Counted from the first letter of the stretch, positions 8,409-18,543 are shown. The stretch is 38,282 nucleotides of DNA from a virus (IMGVR_UViG_3300029660_000072:1-38282); one strand, 5' to 3'. Notes: generated by a model from the letters alone, not told the origin. Program-made: numbers and translations.

Positions 8409-9462
8409 TTTTGAGCAAGAAGTCAAAGCACAGCTAGCACTTGGGCTTAAACCTAATGAGGCCGTTAGAAAGGCTTATGCAAAATATCCTGTAATGGATA
8501 TGATGAAAGCTACGTTGCAAGCAGAATTAGTTAATACTTTTATGGCAGGGTATGGCGATAATGTTCCATACTCCGCTAAAAGTATTTCACAGGCCATGTC
8601 TGAAAGTTGGGCCAGTGATGATCTTACACTCTCTAAACGTTTATATAGACGGTCAAGCACTATACGTAATGAAGTAGCTGACACTATAAAACAAGCGTTA
8701 AAGACAAATAAAACTGTAAAAGGGTTAGCAAAGTCAATCTTTGACGGCTATGGTAAAGGTGGTATTATCCCAGAGGCTAGCATACCGAAGTTCCTACACA
8801 AGCTATCTGATATAAATATAAGTGGTGAGGCTACCCCAGAGGCTAAACGTAAGCAACGTGAGTTATTACGTAGCGTTAAAGGGAAAATAGCAAGGCTCGA
8901 TACTCCTTATGTTAGGGCCGCATATAATGAAGTAGCTGCAGCCGTTGATGATGGCAACGAAGTTAGATTACAAAAAGCTATCTATACAGCCACACAAGAA
9001 AAAGCACGTTATCATGCTGAGCGTATAGCACGAACAGAAAATGCTAGGGCTTATGCTGACGGCCAAATGAACAGATATTTAGACGATGAGGACGTGGTCG
9101 CTTTTCAATGGAAGTTATCCGCTAATCATCCAAGATATGACATATGCGACTTTTATGCTAATGCTGATTTATACGGACTTGGCAAAGGTGTATACCCTAA
9201 AGACAAGTTCCCTAACCTGCCAGCACATCCGCATTGTATGTGTCATATTAAGCCAATGACTGAGCTCGATATTGATATTAATAAAAGACATAATAACCTT
9301 GAACAGTCAGGACTAGAATATATCAAATCTTTATCTAAGCAACATCAAGAAGTGTTGCTCGGCGTGAATGGTCGTGAACAGGTATTAACTGGCAAAGCTA
9401 ACTGGCAAGATACGGCTAGAGGGTGGACGTCAGAAGTCTATGAGGCTAGAAAACCAAAATAA
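8371..9462 (+). CDS. Head morphogenesis protein, Mu F / SPP1 gp7 family
   Basis: ERIARTENARAYADGQ motif and a C-terminal CxC/H cluster. An alternative GTG start lies at 8362. Confidence 0.8.
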   Translation: MRTQREINKAIDSFEQEVKAQLALGLKPNEAVRKAYAKYPVMDMMKATLQAELVNTFMAGYGDNVPYSAKSISQAMSESWASDDLTLSKRLYRRSSTIRNEVADTIKQALKTNKTVKGLAKSIFDGYGKGGIIPEASIPKFLHKLSDINISGEATPEAKRKQRELLRSVKGKIARLDTPYVRAAYNEVAAAVDDGNEVRLQKAIYTATQEKARYHAERIARTENARAYADGQMNRYLDDEDVVAFQWKLSANHPRYDICDFYANADLYGLGKGVYPKDKFPNLPAHPHCMCHIKPMTELDIDINKRHNNLEQSGLEYIKSLSKQHQEVLLGVNGREQVLTGKANWQDTARGWTSEVYEARKPK

Positions 9463-9473
9463 ATATTGTTATG

Positions 9474-9509
9474 AAGTGCCATATTATGTGTGATAGTATG
9501 GCACTTTTT
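9474..9509 (+). terminator. Rho-independent terminator after the packaging/portal block
   Basis: Perfect 10-bp stem AAGTGCCATA / TATGGCACTT with a 13-nt loop and a T-run. Confidence 0.7.
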
Positions 9510-9576
9510 ATATTGGTGTAATTAGGCGGAGGCCTATTACATATATTTTTCTCATGTTATATACGGAGGTTACAAC

Positions 9577-10191
9577 ATGAACATCGCAGAAGTTTATCAA
9601 GCACTCGAACAGTTGGAGAACGGTCAAGATCTTATCACCGCTATTAAGGGGGAGACGTCTCGTCTTAATAATGAGGCTAAGACAACACGTGAAAAACTAC
9701 AACAACAAATCACGGAATTAACCGGTGAACGTGATACGTTAACCAATCGTGTTACCGAATTGGAGCAGTCGGCAGGGGCCAATACTGGTTCTAATTCTCC
9801 AGAGTATAAACAGCTCGAAAAGCAATTAAAAGCTATGAGTGAAAAGTTCGAACTTGCTGAAACTAAGGCAAAAGAGGCTGAGACAAAGCGTATTCAATCT
9901 GAGATTATGGCACAGACACTTGATGCCTTTACTAAGGCAAATGCGGTAGATCCGCAAGAGTTTGCAAGATTGGTTGCCAATGACATCAAAGTACAAGACG
10001 ATGGCACTTATGGCTATTTAAAAGAGGACGGCACAGTCGGAACTATCCAAGACCGTACCAATGAATGGCTACAAGGCAAAGCATGGGCAGTAAAGTCTAC
10101 TGGCAATACTGGTAGTGGACAAGGTGGCACAGGTAGCGGTGGCGATACAGTCTTGAATGAATTAGCAGCAGCCGTAGGTGTAAAACTTTAA
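9577..10191 (+). CDS. Scaffolding protein (coiled coil)
   Basis: Heptad-rich, charged sequence immediately upstream of the capsid gene, with a Gly-rich tail. Confidence 0.65.
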   Translation: MNIAEVYQALEQLENGQDLITAIKGETSRLNNEAKTTREKLQQQITELTGERDTLTNRVTELEQSAGANTGSNSPEYKQLEKQLKAMSEKFELAETKAKEAETKRIQSEIMAQTLDAFTKANAVDPQEFARLVANDIKVQDDGTYGYLKEDGTVGTIQDRTNEWLQGKAWAVKSTGNTGSGQGGTGSGGDTVLNELAAAVGVKL

Positions 10192-10217
10192 TTATTTAAT
10201 AATGGAGGTCATTAACA

Positions 10218-11138
10218 ATGGCAATTAACACACTTCAATATTCTCAACAGTTCCAAACTGTACTTGACGCTCAAATGTTGGCAAGTGCAACTTCCGCTTT
10301 TATGGAGGCTAATGCAGGCCAAGTCAAATATGACGGTGGCGATACTGTACATATTCCTGAAATTTCTATGCAAGGTCTTGCAAAGTATGACCGTGATGAG
10401 GGGTTCAACCAAGGTTCCGTTACTTTGAAATTTAACCCTTACAAAATGACTCAAGACCGTGGTCGTACATTCCAACTCGACTCTATGGACGTTAACGAAA
10501 CTAACTTCGTTGCAACTGCCGGCACTGTAATGGGCGAATTCCAACGTACACAAGTTATTCCGGAAATTGACTCCTATCGTTATTCTAAAATTGCTGCGTT
10601 AGCAACTGCAGAAAATAAGGTTACTACTGGCTTTACTCCAGCCGTTGCCACTATCTTGGAAAAGTTAGAGGCCGAAATCACTGATATTCAAGACGTAGTA
10701 GGCGAGGACGAGGGCTTAATTATCGTTATGTCCACTAAATTGCGTACTATCTTGAATAATGCAGATAAATTCAATCGTTATTTGAATGTTGCCGAATTCA
10801 AAAATGGCTCCGTAAATACTAAAGTTAAATCTTTCAATGATATTCCTATTTTGGGTGTACCATCTGCACGTATGAAAACTGCTTACGTATTCAATGACGG
10901 TAAAACAGCTAATCAACAAGCCGGTGGCTTTAAAGCTGATACAGGTGCGAAAGACATTAACTGGATCATCATGCCACAACGTGCACCTATTGCAGTATCT
11001 AAAACAGACAAAGTGCGTGTATTCACTCCTGACATTAACCAAAAGGCTGATGCATGGAAAATCGACTACCGTAAATATCATGACTTGTGGATTCCTAAAA
11101 ACCGCTTTGCCGCAATTCGTGTTAATACTGGTGCATAA
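10218..11138 (+). CDS. Major capsid protein
   Basis: 306 aa, strongly CGT/ACT-biased (highly expressed) codon use, positioned after the scaffold gene. Confidence 0.75.
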   Translation: MAINTLQYSQQFQTVLDAQMLASATSAFMEANAGQVKYDGGDTVHIPEISMQGLAKYDRDEGFNQGSVTLKFNPYKMTQDRGRTFQLDSMDVNETNFVATAGTVMGEFQRTQVIPEIDSYRYSKIAALATAENKVTTGFTPAVATILEKLEAEITDIQDVVGEDEGLIIVMSTKLRTILNNADKFNRYLNVAEFKNGSVNTKVKSFNDIPILGVPSARMKTAYVFNDGKTANQQAGGFKADTGAKDINWIIMPQRAPIAVSKTDKVRVFTPDINQKADAWKIDYRKYHDLWIPKNRFAAIRVNTGA

Positions 11139-11155
11139 TTAAGGGGTGTTTATAA

Positions 11156-11332
11156 ATGACAAGACTTGTACGCATGAACGAAGTTCAATATGTAGAAACT
11201 GAGTTTGATATTGAACGCTTACAGTCCGAGGGCTTTGCAGTTGAGGAGTTGGAGGAAACAGAACCAACTGACGATACTGAGGACACAGAAGAAAAGCCAA
11301 AACGTGGTGGCCGTAAGAAAGCTGAGGCGTAA
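11156..11332 (+). CDS. Small acidic protein with basic tail (58 aa)
   Basis: AAGGGG RBS and ATG at 11156. It fills the gap between capsid and connector genes and is below the ORF-track cut-off. Confidence 0.45.
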   Translation: MTRLVRMNEVQYVETEFDIERLQSEGFAVEELEETEPTDDTEDTEEKPKRGGRKKAEA

Positions 11333-11334
11333 TC

Positions 11335-11811
11335 ATGTTACCTGCTGAGGTGTTCGAGCGACGGTTGAGACAGGCCGTTAAATCGAGCACCTTTATGGTG
11401 CAAGATGAGGCACAAGCAAGACATAACTTTATATCTAGGACATCTCAATTAGAACGTGCGATTGATACACGGTTCGACTTTGATAATGGCAATAATGTTG
11501 GGGTTGTATATCTTGATGATAGGGCTGCACCTTATGGGGTGTTTGTCCATGAGGGTACACGACCTCATATTATTCGTCCTAAGACAAAAAGCGTTTTGCG
11601 ATGGGCACCTATGGCCGGTAATGGTTTTATATTTTCGAAAGTGGTTCACCATCCAGGCACTAAATCTGATCCATTTCTATATGACGCTATTAATCGTAAG
11701 CGTGGCGATGTATATGCTACATTCGCAAAGGCTACGAACATGGCACTTGAAGATATAAGCGAAAGTGATTGGCTAGGAAAGGCAGACCATGAAATTAAAA
11801 TTCGATTATAG
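11335..11811 (+). CDS. HK97 gp10-like head-tail/tail-completion protein
   Basis: YGVFVHEGT...PFLYDAI resembles the y..~vE.GT...PFl signature of the HK97 gp10 family. Confidence 0.6.
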   Translation: MLPAEVFERRLRQAVKSSTFMVQDEAQARHNFISRTSQLERAIDTRFDFDNGNNVGVVYLDDRAAPYGVFVHEGTRPHIIRPKTKSVLRWAPMAGNGFIFSKVVHHPGTKSDPFLYDAINRKRGDVYATFAKATNMALEDISESDWLGKADHEIKIRL

Positions 11812-11819
11812 GGGGCTCA

Positions 11820-12200
11820 ATGTTATACGACTACACGGAAATGCAGTTCACCGATGAGCTATTAGGCAAAGAGGTACTGCCACAACATGTCGAACGTGCC
11901 GAGCAAGGTTTATACGCATTCGCTAAACGGTTGGGAGTTCCACAGAATGATGTTATTAGGGGCTATCTAGCAGACGAGCTAGTACAACTATATACATATC
12001 GTTTCGTATGCTTTGACAAGGCTTATGCGTTGCCTGGTGCTTACACTAGGGACGGTTCGACAGATGATTTCTACAGTAAGAAATTACTGTATCTCGATGA
12101 ACGCATTAAAATTTTAGAAAAGCAGATAACTCCGGAAGATTTAACAGGCGATGCGAAGAAATATGCTCGTTATCGTACCGTTGAAATATACAGGGGGTAG
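11820..12200 (+). CDS. Head-tail connector protein (positional)
   Basis: 126 aa ORF in the connector region. Confidence 0.5.
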   Translation: MLYDYTEMQFTDELLGKEVLPQHVERAEQGLYAFAKRLGVPQNDVIRGYLADELVQLYTYRFVCFDKAYALPGAYTRDGSTDDFYSKKLLYLDERIKILEKQITPEDLTGDAKKYARYRTVEIYRG

Positions 12201-12201
12201 T

Positions 12202-12678
12202 ATGTGGCTAGAATTAATGCAACATATTAAATCTACTATCGAGAATAGCGGTGCTGCATTTAATGTCGTGCTAGGTGCTATGCGACCACAGGCAGCAAAG
12301 ATTGACGAGAATGGCGTTATTATGGTTATTCGTGGGGAAACTACGAGGGGAGATAACTCCGTTCAGTCTGAATTGCAACAAGAACTTTATATCGAGGTTT
12401 GGGGACGTAATGACAACCCTGACTTGGAAGTCGGTTACGAAGTTATTGCTAGTTTTGAGGATAAGTTCGAGGCAATTATTAATGATCTACGCAAACGATG
12501 TGGTGAATTAGACGAAGAGGCATGCATATTGCAGTCTAACGGCTATCAAATTATAGATTTAGTATGTACAAGTAAAACTGGCGACCATGACAGTGTACGG
12601 CCTTTAATAGGTACTCAATATCGCTTTATGGTTCGCCTTATTGATTTAAAAGAAGAAACTAACGGAGGTATATTCTAA
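12202..12678 (+). CDS. Head-tail joining / tail terminator-like protein (positional)
   Basis: ATG at 12202 after GGGGG. The upstream extension to 12151 would overlap the previous gene. Confidence 0.5.
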   Translation: MWLELMQHIKSTIENSGAAFNVVLGAMRPQAAKIDENGVIMVIRGETTRGDNSVQSELQQELYIEVWGRNDNPDLEVGYEVIASFEDKFEAIINDLRKRCGELDEEACILQSNGYQIIDLVCTSKTGDHDSVRPLIGTQYRFMVRLIDLKEETNGGIF

Positions 12679-13154
12679 TGCCAGCTCAACCAGCTACAAC
12701 ACCAAAAAAATTATATAAACCGGCTCAAACCGCAATGCCTACTGCCGGTAAGAATTATCTTATTTATTTGAATGTAGGCACTGACGAAACTACAGGTGCA
12801 GAATGGCTTTTATTAGGCGGTCAACGTTCTGGTGATGTATCTCGTAAAGCAGATAGCATCGACGCATCTCATAAAGGTTCTGGCGGTTGGAAGTCTACAA
12901 TCGCAGGTCTTAAAGAATGGTCCATTGACTTGGAAACATTGCTCATGCCTAACGAAGAAAGTTTGACATTGCTTGAAAAAGCGTTTTTAGATGGCGAATA
13001 TGTTCATCTTAAATTTGAATATCCTGACAAATCTTATATGACAGGTATTGCATCCGTTACAGAATTGTCCTTGAACACTCCACATGATGATGTGGCAACA
13101 TACAAAGGCAGCTTGAACGGTGTAGGTCCATTGTCTGAATTGAAAAAAGCCTAA
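12678..13154 (+). CDS. Major tail protein (TP901-1 / RcGTA g9-like)
   Basis: 158 aa. The LLLGGQRS...S.D.S.KG..GW pattern and its position before the chaperones support the call. Confidence 0.75.
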   Translation: MPAQPATTPKKLYKPAQTAMPTAGKNYLIYLNVGTDETTGAEWLLLGGQRSGDVSRKADSIDASHKGSGGWKSTIAGLKEWSIDLETLLMPNEESLTLLEKAFLDGEYVHLKFEYPDKSYMTGIASVTELSLNTPHDDVATYKGSLNGVGPLSELKKA

Positions 13155-13174
13155 TTTATTAAGGAGTGTGCAAA

Positions 13175-13561
13175 ATGAAAAAAATTAATTGTGATCTTTT
13201 CGCTACTGGCGAAACTATCTTTTTCAACATTGGTCGTATTGCCGAATTGGAACAGCTATGGGGCGAACCTATTTTTAAAGCCGTGCAAAGTGGCACAATG
13301 ACATTTAATCAGCTTATTACTGCTTTCGTTGTTGGCATGAAACAACATGGCAAAAAGCGTGATTATATCTACTACCAAGACAAACTTCAAGAACTGTTTG
13401 ACGATGGTTCCGTCCAATATAGTGATCTTGTACAGTTAATTGTGCAAGCCCTTATTGGCAGTGGTGTATTTGGTAAGGCTGCATACTATGCATTATTCCC
13501 AGAAGAGGCTGACGAGCAAGCACACTCCGAAGTTGAGGCTGAGACAGACGCAAAAAACTAG
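13175..13561 (+). CDS. Tail assembly chaperone (G-like, RcGTA g10-like)
   Basis: AAGGAG RBS 8 nt before ATG 13175; acidic C-terminus. It ends in GCA AAA AAC TAG, which contains a slippery heptamer. Confidence 0.65.
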   Translation: MKKINCDLFATGETIFFNIGRIAELEQLWGEPIFKAVQSGTMTFNQLITAFVVGMKQHGKKRDYIYYQDKLQELFDDGSVQYSDLVQLIVQALIGSGVFGKAAYYALFPEEADEQAHSEVEAETDAKN

Positions 13562-13584
13562 AGGGGGGCTACACAGCCCCCTCT
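13552..13584 (+). other. Candidate -1 programmed ribosomal frameshift site: A_AAA_AAC (13552..13558) plus G/C-rich hairpin (13560..13584)
   Basis: The -1 frame read from 13558 is open with no stop and is the same frame as ORF 13615..13893. The hairpin is AGA(G)GGGGGCT / AGCCCCCTCT followed by TTTT. Confidence 0.5.
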
Positions 13585-13614
13585 TTTAGTGTTTGGATAA
13601 CTAAGGCAGAGCGT

Positions 13615-13893
13615 ATGGCGTATGGTCCTCTTAACTTAAAGCCGTGGGAATTCATGAATTTGAGCCCTATGGAATATTACAAACTCGCTGAGGGTTATGA
13701 GTTAAGGACAGAAATAGAGGACCGCAGACAGGCGTATTTTGCATGTCTAATGACAAATGTACATATCGCTGGCAACAGAAAACTACGTGTCGAGGACATT
13801 ATGAAACAACTTCACCCTATGTCTGCCGCTAAACGTAAAACCGAAGAAAAGTTATTCATGGAAGAATTCAGACAGGCAGGAGGTGAGATATAG
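13615..13893 (+). CDS. Tail assembly chaperone, downstream (T-like / RcGTA g10.1-like) frame, probably made as a -1 frameshift extension of 13175..13558
   Basis: LNLKPWEFMNLSPMEYYKL resembles the l.P.eFW.lTp.El motif of GTA-type chaperone extensions. Only a weak RBS precedes its own ATG. Confidence 0.6.
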   Translation: MAYGPLNLKPWEFMNLSPMEYYKLAEGYELRTEIEDRRQAYFACLMTNVHIAGNRKLRVEDIMKQLHPMSAAKRKTEEKLFMEEFRQAGGEI

Positions 13894-13897
13894 AACT

Positions 13898-16800
13898 ATG
13901 GCCGATACTCAAATAAATGTCAAAATTGTTGGCTCGTCCAATAGTGCTGAACAGGCACTTGACCGTGTGGCAAAGAAAGCCGAGCAGTCGCTAGGTAAAA
14001 GCATCGAGGCTAGCCTTGATAATGTTAAGGCCAAGGCTCAAAAGGTCTTTGGGGTTGAAATTCCAGGGCTTATGAATGCAGCCAAAAGTGGTGCTGCATT
14101 TGCAGGTGCTGCGATTGGTATTGAGGCAGCCGGCAGAGCGTTAAAGGACATGGCCGTAAGTGCGATTAAAACCACCGACCAACTAACTCAATTACGTGCT
14201 CGTATCAACCTTATCAATGACGGTACGCAAAGTACTGCGGAAATTATGGATAAGGTATATCAAGCCGCTAACCGTTCTCGTGGTAGTTACCTCGATATGG
14301 CTGATAGTGTTGCGAAGTTGAATATGCTTGCAAAAGACGCTTTCAACTCTAATGATGAGGCTATCTATTTCGTAGAACAGTTAAATAAGCAATTTAAGAT
14401 TGCCGGTGCAAGCGTTGAAGAAACTTCATCCGCTATGTACCAGTTAACACAAGCGATGGCAGCCGGTAAGCTACAAGGCGACGAATTCCATTCCATTATG
14501 GAAAATGCTCCTATGTTAGCACAAGCGATTGCCAGTGAAATGGGCTTGACTGTAGGCCAATTAAAGGAAATGAGCTCGCAAGGGTTAATTACTGCGGACA
14601 TTATTAAGAACGCATTATTCAATAGTGCGGAAGAAACTAATGCAAAGTTCGCCGAAATTCCTTTGACATTCCAAGATATTGGCACTCAATTACAGAATGA
14701 TCTCATTACCGCATTTCAACCAGTAATGGAACAAATCGGCTCGATGGCAAGTTCTGATCTATTGGCAGGTGCACTCAACGAACTAGCTTTCTCATTCAAA
14801 GTAGTGGCTGCGGCTGCACAAGTTGCAATAGCTACTATCAAAGCTGCGTTTGCAGGGTTAAGCGTTACTATTGGTGTTATCAAGAACGTTGTAACAAGTT
14901 TTGTTGGAGTATTCACAACATCTATGCCAGCCGTTAGGGTTGCCGTTGTAGGTGTTACAACTGCTTTTATTGCCTATAAAGCCACTCTATTATTGTGTAG
15001 CACTCAAACTGCTGCACTTACTGTAAAAGTAATTGCATTAAAAGCTGCGGAATTAGCATCTGCAACTGCAACAAAGGCACATGCGGCAGCTATGGCAGTA
15101 TTAAGGGCTGCAATGGCGGCAGGTGCTACGGCATCCGCTTTACTTGCTGCGGCACTGGCTACAGTAAGGGGCATATATATTGGTGTTCGTAGTGGTGCAT
15201 TGGCTGCGGCTGCAGCTCAAAAAGTGCTTAATCTCGTAATGAGGGCGAACCCAGTCGGCTTACTAATTTCAGTACTTGTAACATTGATTACTGTATTTGC
15301 AACTGCGGCTGCGGCTGGCAATGGTTTTGGCAATACTCTAAGCTCGGTATTCTCGACTATCGTTCATACTGCCGTTTGGGGTGTAAATAAAATCATTGAG
15401 GCATTGAACTGGTTAATCGCTAAGCTCAATAGCGTAGGTGATAAAGTTGCCAAATTCTTTGGTGGTACATTTACTGCAATTCAACAAGTAGACACTATTT
15501 CGGCTGATACTGCACAAGATATTGTTAACACTGCCGGTGATATTATGGGCCAAATTACATCAGGTCTATCTGGTGGCGGTGGTGGAGACATTGACACAGG
15601 TGGTTTTGGTGGTGGCGGTGGCGACTACGACACTGGAGGCGGTAAAGGTGGCAAAGGTGGTTCCGGTGGTGGTAAAGGTAGCAAGGGCAGTGGTAAAGAT
15701 CTTGCGAAAGAGGCCAAACAAGTCCACGAAAAAATCTTGCAATCCTTCCTGGAAATGCAAGGCAACCAAGTTGAGTTAGTCGAACTTCAATATCAAAAGG
15801 AACGAGACGAGCTTGAAAAATCTAAGTCCGCCAATGCTAACTATCAAGAAGACTTGGAAAGACTTAACGAAGTTTATGCTGATAAGCGTATCAAGGCTAA
15901 GCAAGAAGAAATGGCAAAACTACGTGCCATTGAAACTGGCATTCGTGATATGCAGAAAAACTTTGCATTCAGTACTGCGGATAAAGACAGTACTGGCTCC
16001 GTATCTCCGGCAATGCAGTTGGCAAAAGATTATATCGACCATATCGATGAAATTGAGGACCGCTACGCAGAAATGTCCGACAACTTCATTAAAATGGACG
16101 CAATGGCTCAGCAAAAATATATTGATACTCTCAAGAAACGTGGCATCGAATTCGAAATGAGTGGCGAGGGGCAAATCTCATTTGAAAAAATGAAAAATGA
16201 AGAATTGCTAGCCCTACAAGAAGAGTATCGAAAGAAAGAGTTGCAACAGCATATTGATCTTGTGAATGAAAAAGCCAAAATCGATGAGGCTATGCGTACT
16301 CAGAACTTCGAGGCACTTCAAGCTGCATTGACAGATGAGTACATCGCCGAGCAACAGCATTATGACTTAAAAAAACAGCTCCTTGAAGAGTGGAAACAAG
16401 CCGTATTCGATGCAAATTGGAATGGGCAACAGGTTCTGTTCGATGCTGCAAATGCAGGGTTAGATAGCTTACAAGGTTCTATCTCAGGACTTATTCAAGG
16501 TACAACAACTCTTATGCAAACGTTCCAAAATCTTGGCAAAGCTATCCTCAAAACTATTGCTGATAGTGTAGCTCAATGGATAGCCGGTCAAATCAAGCAA
16601 GCCGTGTTCGGTAAAATGATGGCAGCACAACAGGCTGCAACTGGTACTGCTGCAGCTAACGCTCAATATCCGGCATGGGCTGCATTGGCTCAACAAGTTA
16701 GTATGGCGACCTTTGGTGCTAGTGCTATCGCCGGCAATGCTGCGTGGTCTGCTAATACTGCGGCCGGTAGTGCATTGTCCCTTGCTAATAGTGCAACGAG

Positions 16801-17119
16801 CTTTGCATCTATAGGTGGTGGTCGATTAGAATTGCCTAAGATGGCGAATGGCGGTGTTGCTTATGGCTCCACTTATGCTGAGATTGGCGAGGGTAAGTAT
16901 AAAGAGGCCGTTTTACCTCTAAGCGAAAGCACATACGATGAAATGGGTGCAGGTATAGCACGTGCCGGTGGTGGTGCTACAGGTGGTATTACGTTTAACG
17001 TATCCGCTATGGACGCTCATTCGTTTGGTGATTGGTTAGAGAATTCGGCAGGTCGTTCCTTACGGCAGTTTTTAGTTAATCAAAATAGGGAATTCGTAGC
17101 TACGGAGGGTACATGGTAA
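13898..17119 (+). CDS. Tape measure protein
   Basis: 1073 aa with N-terminal TMP-type helical repeats, a long Ala/Val-rich hydrophobic core, a Gly-rich linker and coiled coils. It follows the chaperone pair. Confidence 0.9.
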   Translation: MADTQINVKIVGSSNSAEQALDRVAKKAEQSLGKSIEASLDNVKAKAQKVFGVEIPGLMNAAKSGAAFAGAAIGIEAAGRALKDMAVSAIKTTDQLTQLRARINLINDGTQSTAEIMDKVYQAANRSRGSYLDMADSVAKLNMLAKDAFNSNDEAIYFVEQLNKQFKIAGASVEETSSAMYQLTQAMAAGKLQGDEFHSIMENAPMLAQAIASEMGLTVGQLKEMSSQGLITADIIKNALFNSAEETNAKFAEIPLTFQDIGTQLQNDLITAFQPVMEQIGSMASSDLLAGALNELAFSFKVVAAAAQVAIATIKAAFAGLSVTIGVIKNVVTSFVGVFTTSMPAVRVAVVGVTTAFIAYKATLLLCSTQTAALTVKVIALKAAELASATATKAHAAAMAVLRAAMAAGATASALLAAALATVRGIYIGVRSGALAAAAAQKVLNLVMRANPVGLLISVLVTLITVFATAAAAGNGFGNTLSSVFSTIVHTAVWGVNKIIEALNWLIAKLNSVGDKVAKFFGGTFTAIQQVDTISADTAQDIVNTAGDIMGQITSGLSGGGGGDIDTGGFGGGGGDYDTGGGKGGKGGSGGGKGSKGSGKDLAKEAKQVHEKILQSFLEMQGNQVELVELQYQKERDELEKSKSANANYQEDLERLNEVYADKRIKAKQEEMAKLRAIETGIRDMQKNFAFSTADKDSTGSVSPAMQLAKDYIDHIDEIEDRYAEMSDNFIKMDAMAQQKYIDTLKKRGIEFEMSGEGQISFEKMKNEELLALQEEYRKKELQQHIDLVNEKAKIDEAMRTQNFEALQAALTDEYIAEQQHYDLKKQLLEEWKQAVFDANWNGQQVLFDAANAGLDSLQGSISGLIQGTTTLMQTFQNLGKAILKTIADSVAQWIAGQIKQAVFGKMMAAQQAATGTAAANAQYPAWAALAQQVSMATFGASAIAGNAAWSANTAAGSALSLANSATSFASIGGGRLELPKMANGGVAYGSTYAEIGEGKYKEAVLPLSESTYDEMGAGIARAGGGATGGITFNVSAMDAHSFGDWLENSAGRSLRQFLVNQNREFVATEGTW

Positions 17120-17685
17120 TGGCTGATTTATTAAAATTTCCTGACATTAAAACCCTTGCGTGGAAGTCTACAAAGGCTCAAAAATGGGACACTAAGATAA
17201 AACGTACAGGGAGTGGCCGAGTACGAACTATGACTACTTGGCAATATCCTCAGTACACTATTACAACAGAATTCGCAATTTTAAGCCCAGAAGAACATAA
17301 GCGTCTTATGGGCTTTTATGCATCTGTAAAGGGTGGAACAGTTCCATTCTTATGGTTGGATCCAGAGGACTACGAAGAAAAGGGTATTCGTTTAGGTACT
17401 GGGGCTCAGAATGAATGGCAAGCAGTTCGCTTGTATGGTGATTTCAGAGAACCTGTAGCACATATTGAAAACCTCAAATTATATGCTAATGGCTCACCAG
17501 TAAGTGCGGTATCGGATAAGGGTGTTATTAGATTAGCACCGGGGGTAAGAGTGGCACCAACTGCTATTATTACAGCTGACTACACATATTATTGGAAAGT
17601 CATGTTCAGTGGCGACTACACTGACGAGGCCGTTTTTAAAGACATATTTAAGTCTAAATCGTTTAAATTGGTTACGGTGAGGTGA
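17113..17685 (+). CDS. Distal tail protein, DUF2460 / RcGTA g12-like
   Basis: FPD...T..W....KW.T.I....SG...R...W pattern, positioned after the TMP gene. Confidence 0.7.
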   Translation: MVMADLLKFPDIKTLAWKSTKAQKWDTKIKRTGSGRVRTMTTWQYPQYTITTEFAILSPEEHKRLMGFYASVKGGTVPFLWLDPEDYEEKGIRLGTGAQNEWQAVRLYGDFREPVAHIENLKLYANGSPVSAVSDKGVIRLAPGVRVAPTAIITADYTYYWKVMFSGDYTDEAVFKDIFKSKSFKLVTVR

Positions 17686-17691
17686 TTATAA

Positions 17692-18543
17692 ATGAAACAA
17701 GTTAGCGAGGCATTAAGCGTTCATTTAAGCAACTCACAGACGTTTGTATCATGCGACTTATATGAGCTCAAACTCAAAAGTGGCATTTCTTACTACTGGG
17801 CCGATACTGATATTGATGTTAGTTATGGAGGAAACACATACAAGGGCGATGGGCCAATTATTGTACGTGAAAAGATTGCGACAAGCAGTACTGTTAGCGT
17901 TGATAAATTGAACGTTACCATAACTGCTAATCAGTCCGACCAAATAGGTGGTGTTCCTGTTTTAACTGTTGCTCATAATGGTGGTTTAGACGGTGCGACT
18001 TTAAATTTGAGACGTGCTTTCTTTGGCGATAATGGAAATGTTATCGAATGTATTGATCTGTTCAAGGGTATTTGTGAAGTAACACAGGGTGGTGGCTTTG
18101 CATTGAAAATTAATGCAAAATCAGTAGTCCAAAGGCTCAATATTGAATACCCTAACAGACGATACTATCCGCAATGTCCTTATTCTGTATATTCCAAAGA
18201 GTGTGGCGTTGATATTACGAAGTATCGTAAGCGTGTTACTGTAACGGCGGTTACTGGCACCAATACCGTGCAGATTGACACTAGTTTTGAAAAGGGCTAT
18301 TACACTGCCGGTGGTATGGAATGGATAAGCGGACCACTATCAGGGCAAGCAACTCAAATTATGGATAGTGCTACGAATACAATCGTTTATATGAGTGCGA
18401 CCAATACTGCACCTCATGTTGGCGATGTGGCTTATATCTATCCAGGGTGCGACAAAACACCTACAACTTGCAAGGCTAAGTTCAATAATTTTAGTAGGAA
18501 CAGGGCAACTCCGTATGTTCCGTTAAAGGAGACAATACGATGA
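17692..18543 (+). CDS. Tail tip protein, DUF2163 / BR0599 (RcGTA g13-like)
   Basis: C-terminal GCDKTPTTCKAKFNNFSRNRATPYVP matches the GCDK..C...F.N..NF.G.P motif of this family. Confidence 0.75.
   Translation: MKQVSEALSVHLSNSQTFVSCDLYELKLKSGISYYWADTDIDVSYGGNTYKGDGPIIVREKIATSSTVSVDKLNVTITANQSDQIGGVPVLTVAHNGGLDGATLNLRRAFFGDNGNVIECIDLFKGICEVTQGGGFALKINAKSVVQRLNIEYPNRRYYPQCPYSVYSKECGVDITKYRKRVTVTAVTGTNTVQIDTSFEKGYYTAGGMEWISGPLSGQATQIMDSATNTIVYMSATNTAPHVGDVAYIYPGCDKTPTTCKAKFNNFSRNRATPYVPLKETIR

Noticed and set aside
11456-12511. Alternative-frame + strand ORFs 11456..11758 and 12275..12511 (also 10894..11142 and 35674..35895)
   Set aside because: They are fully nested in better-supported genes in another frame, have no RBS, and their sequences are dominated by Leu/Met/Ile from AT-rich codons.
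15560-15700. GGT/GGC-rich repetitive DNA that looks like a microsatellite or repeat array
   Set aside because: It is in frame within the tape measure gene and encodes a Gly-rich linker (GGGGGD(I/Y)DTGG..GGKGGKGGSGGGKGSKGSGK). The units are irregular and there is no spacer structure, so it is not a CRISPR array. The alternative-frame ORFs 15522..15779 and 15566..15769 are artefacts of this composition.
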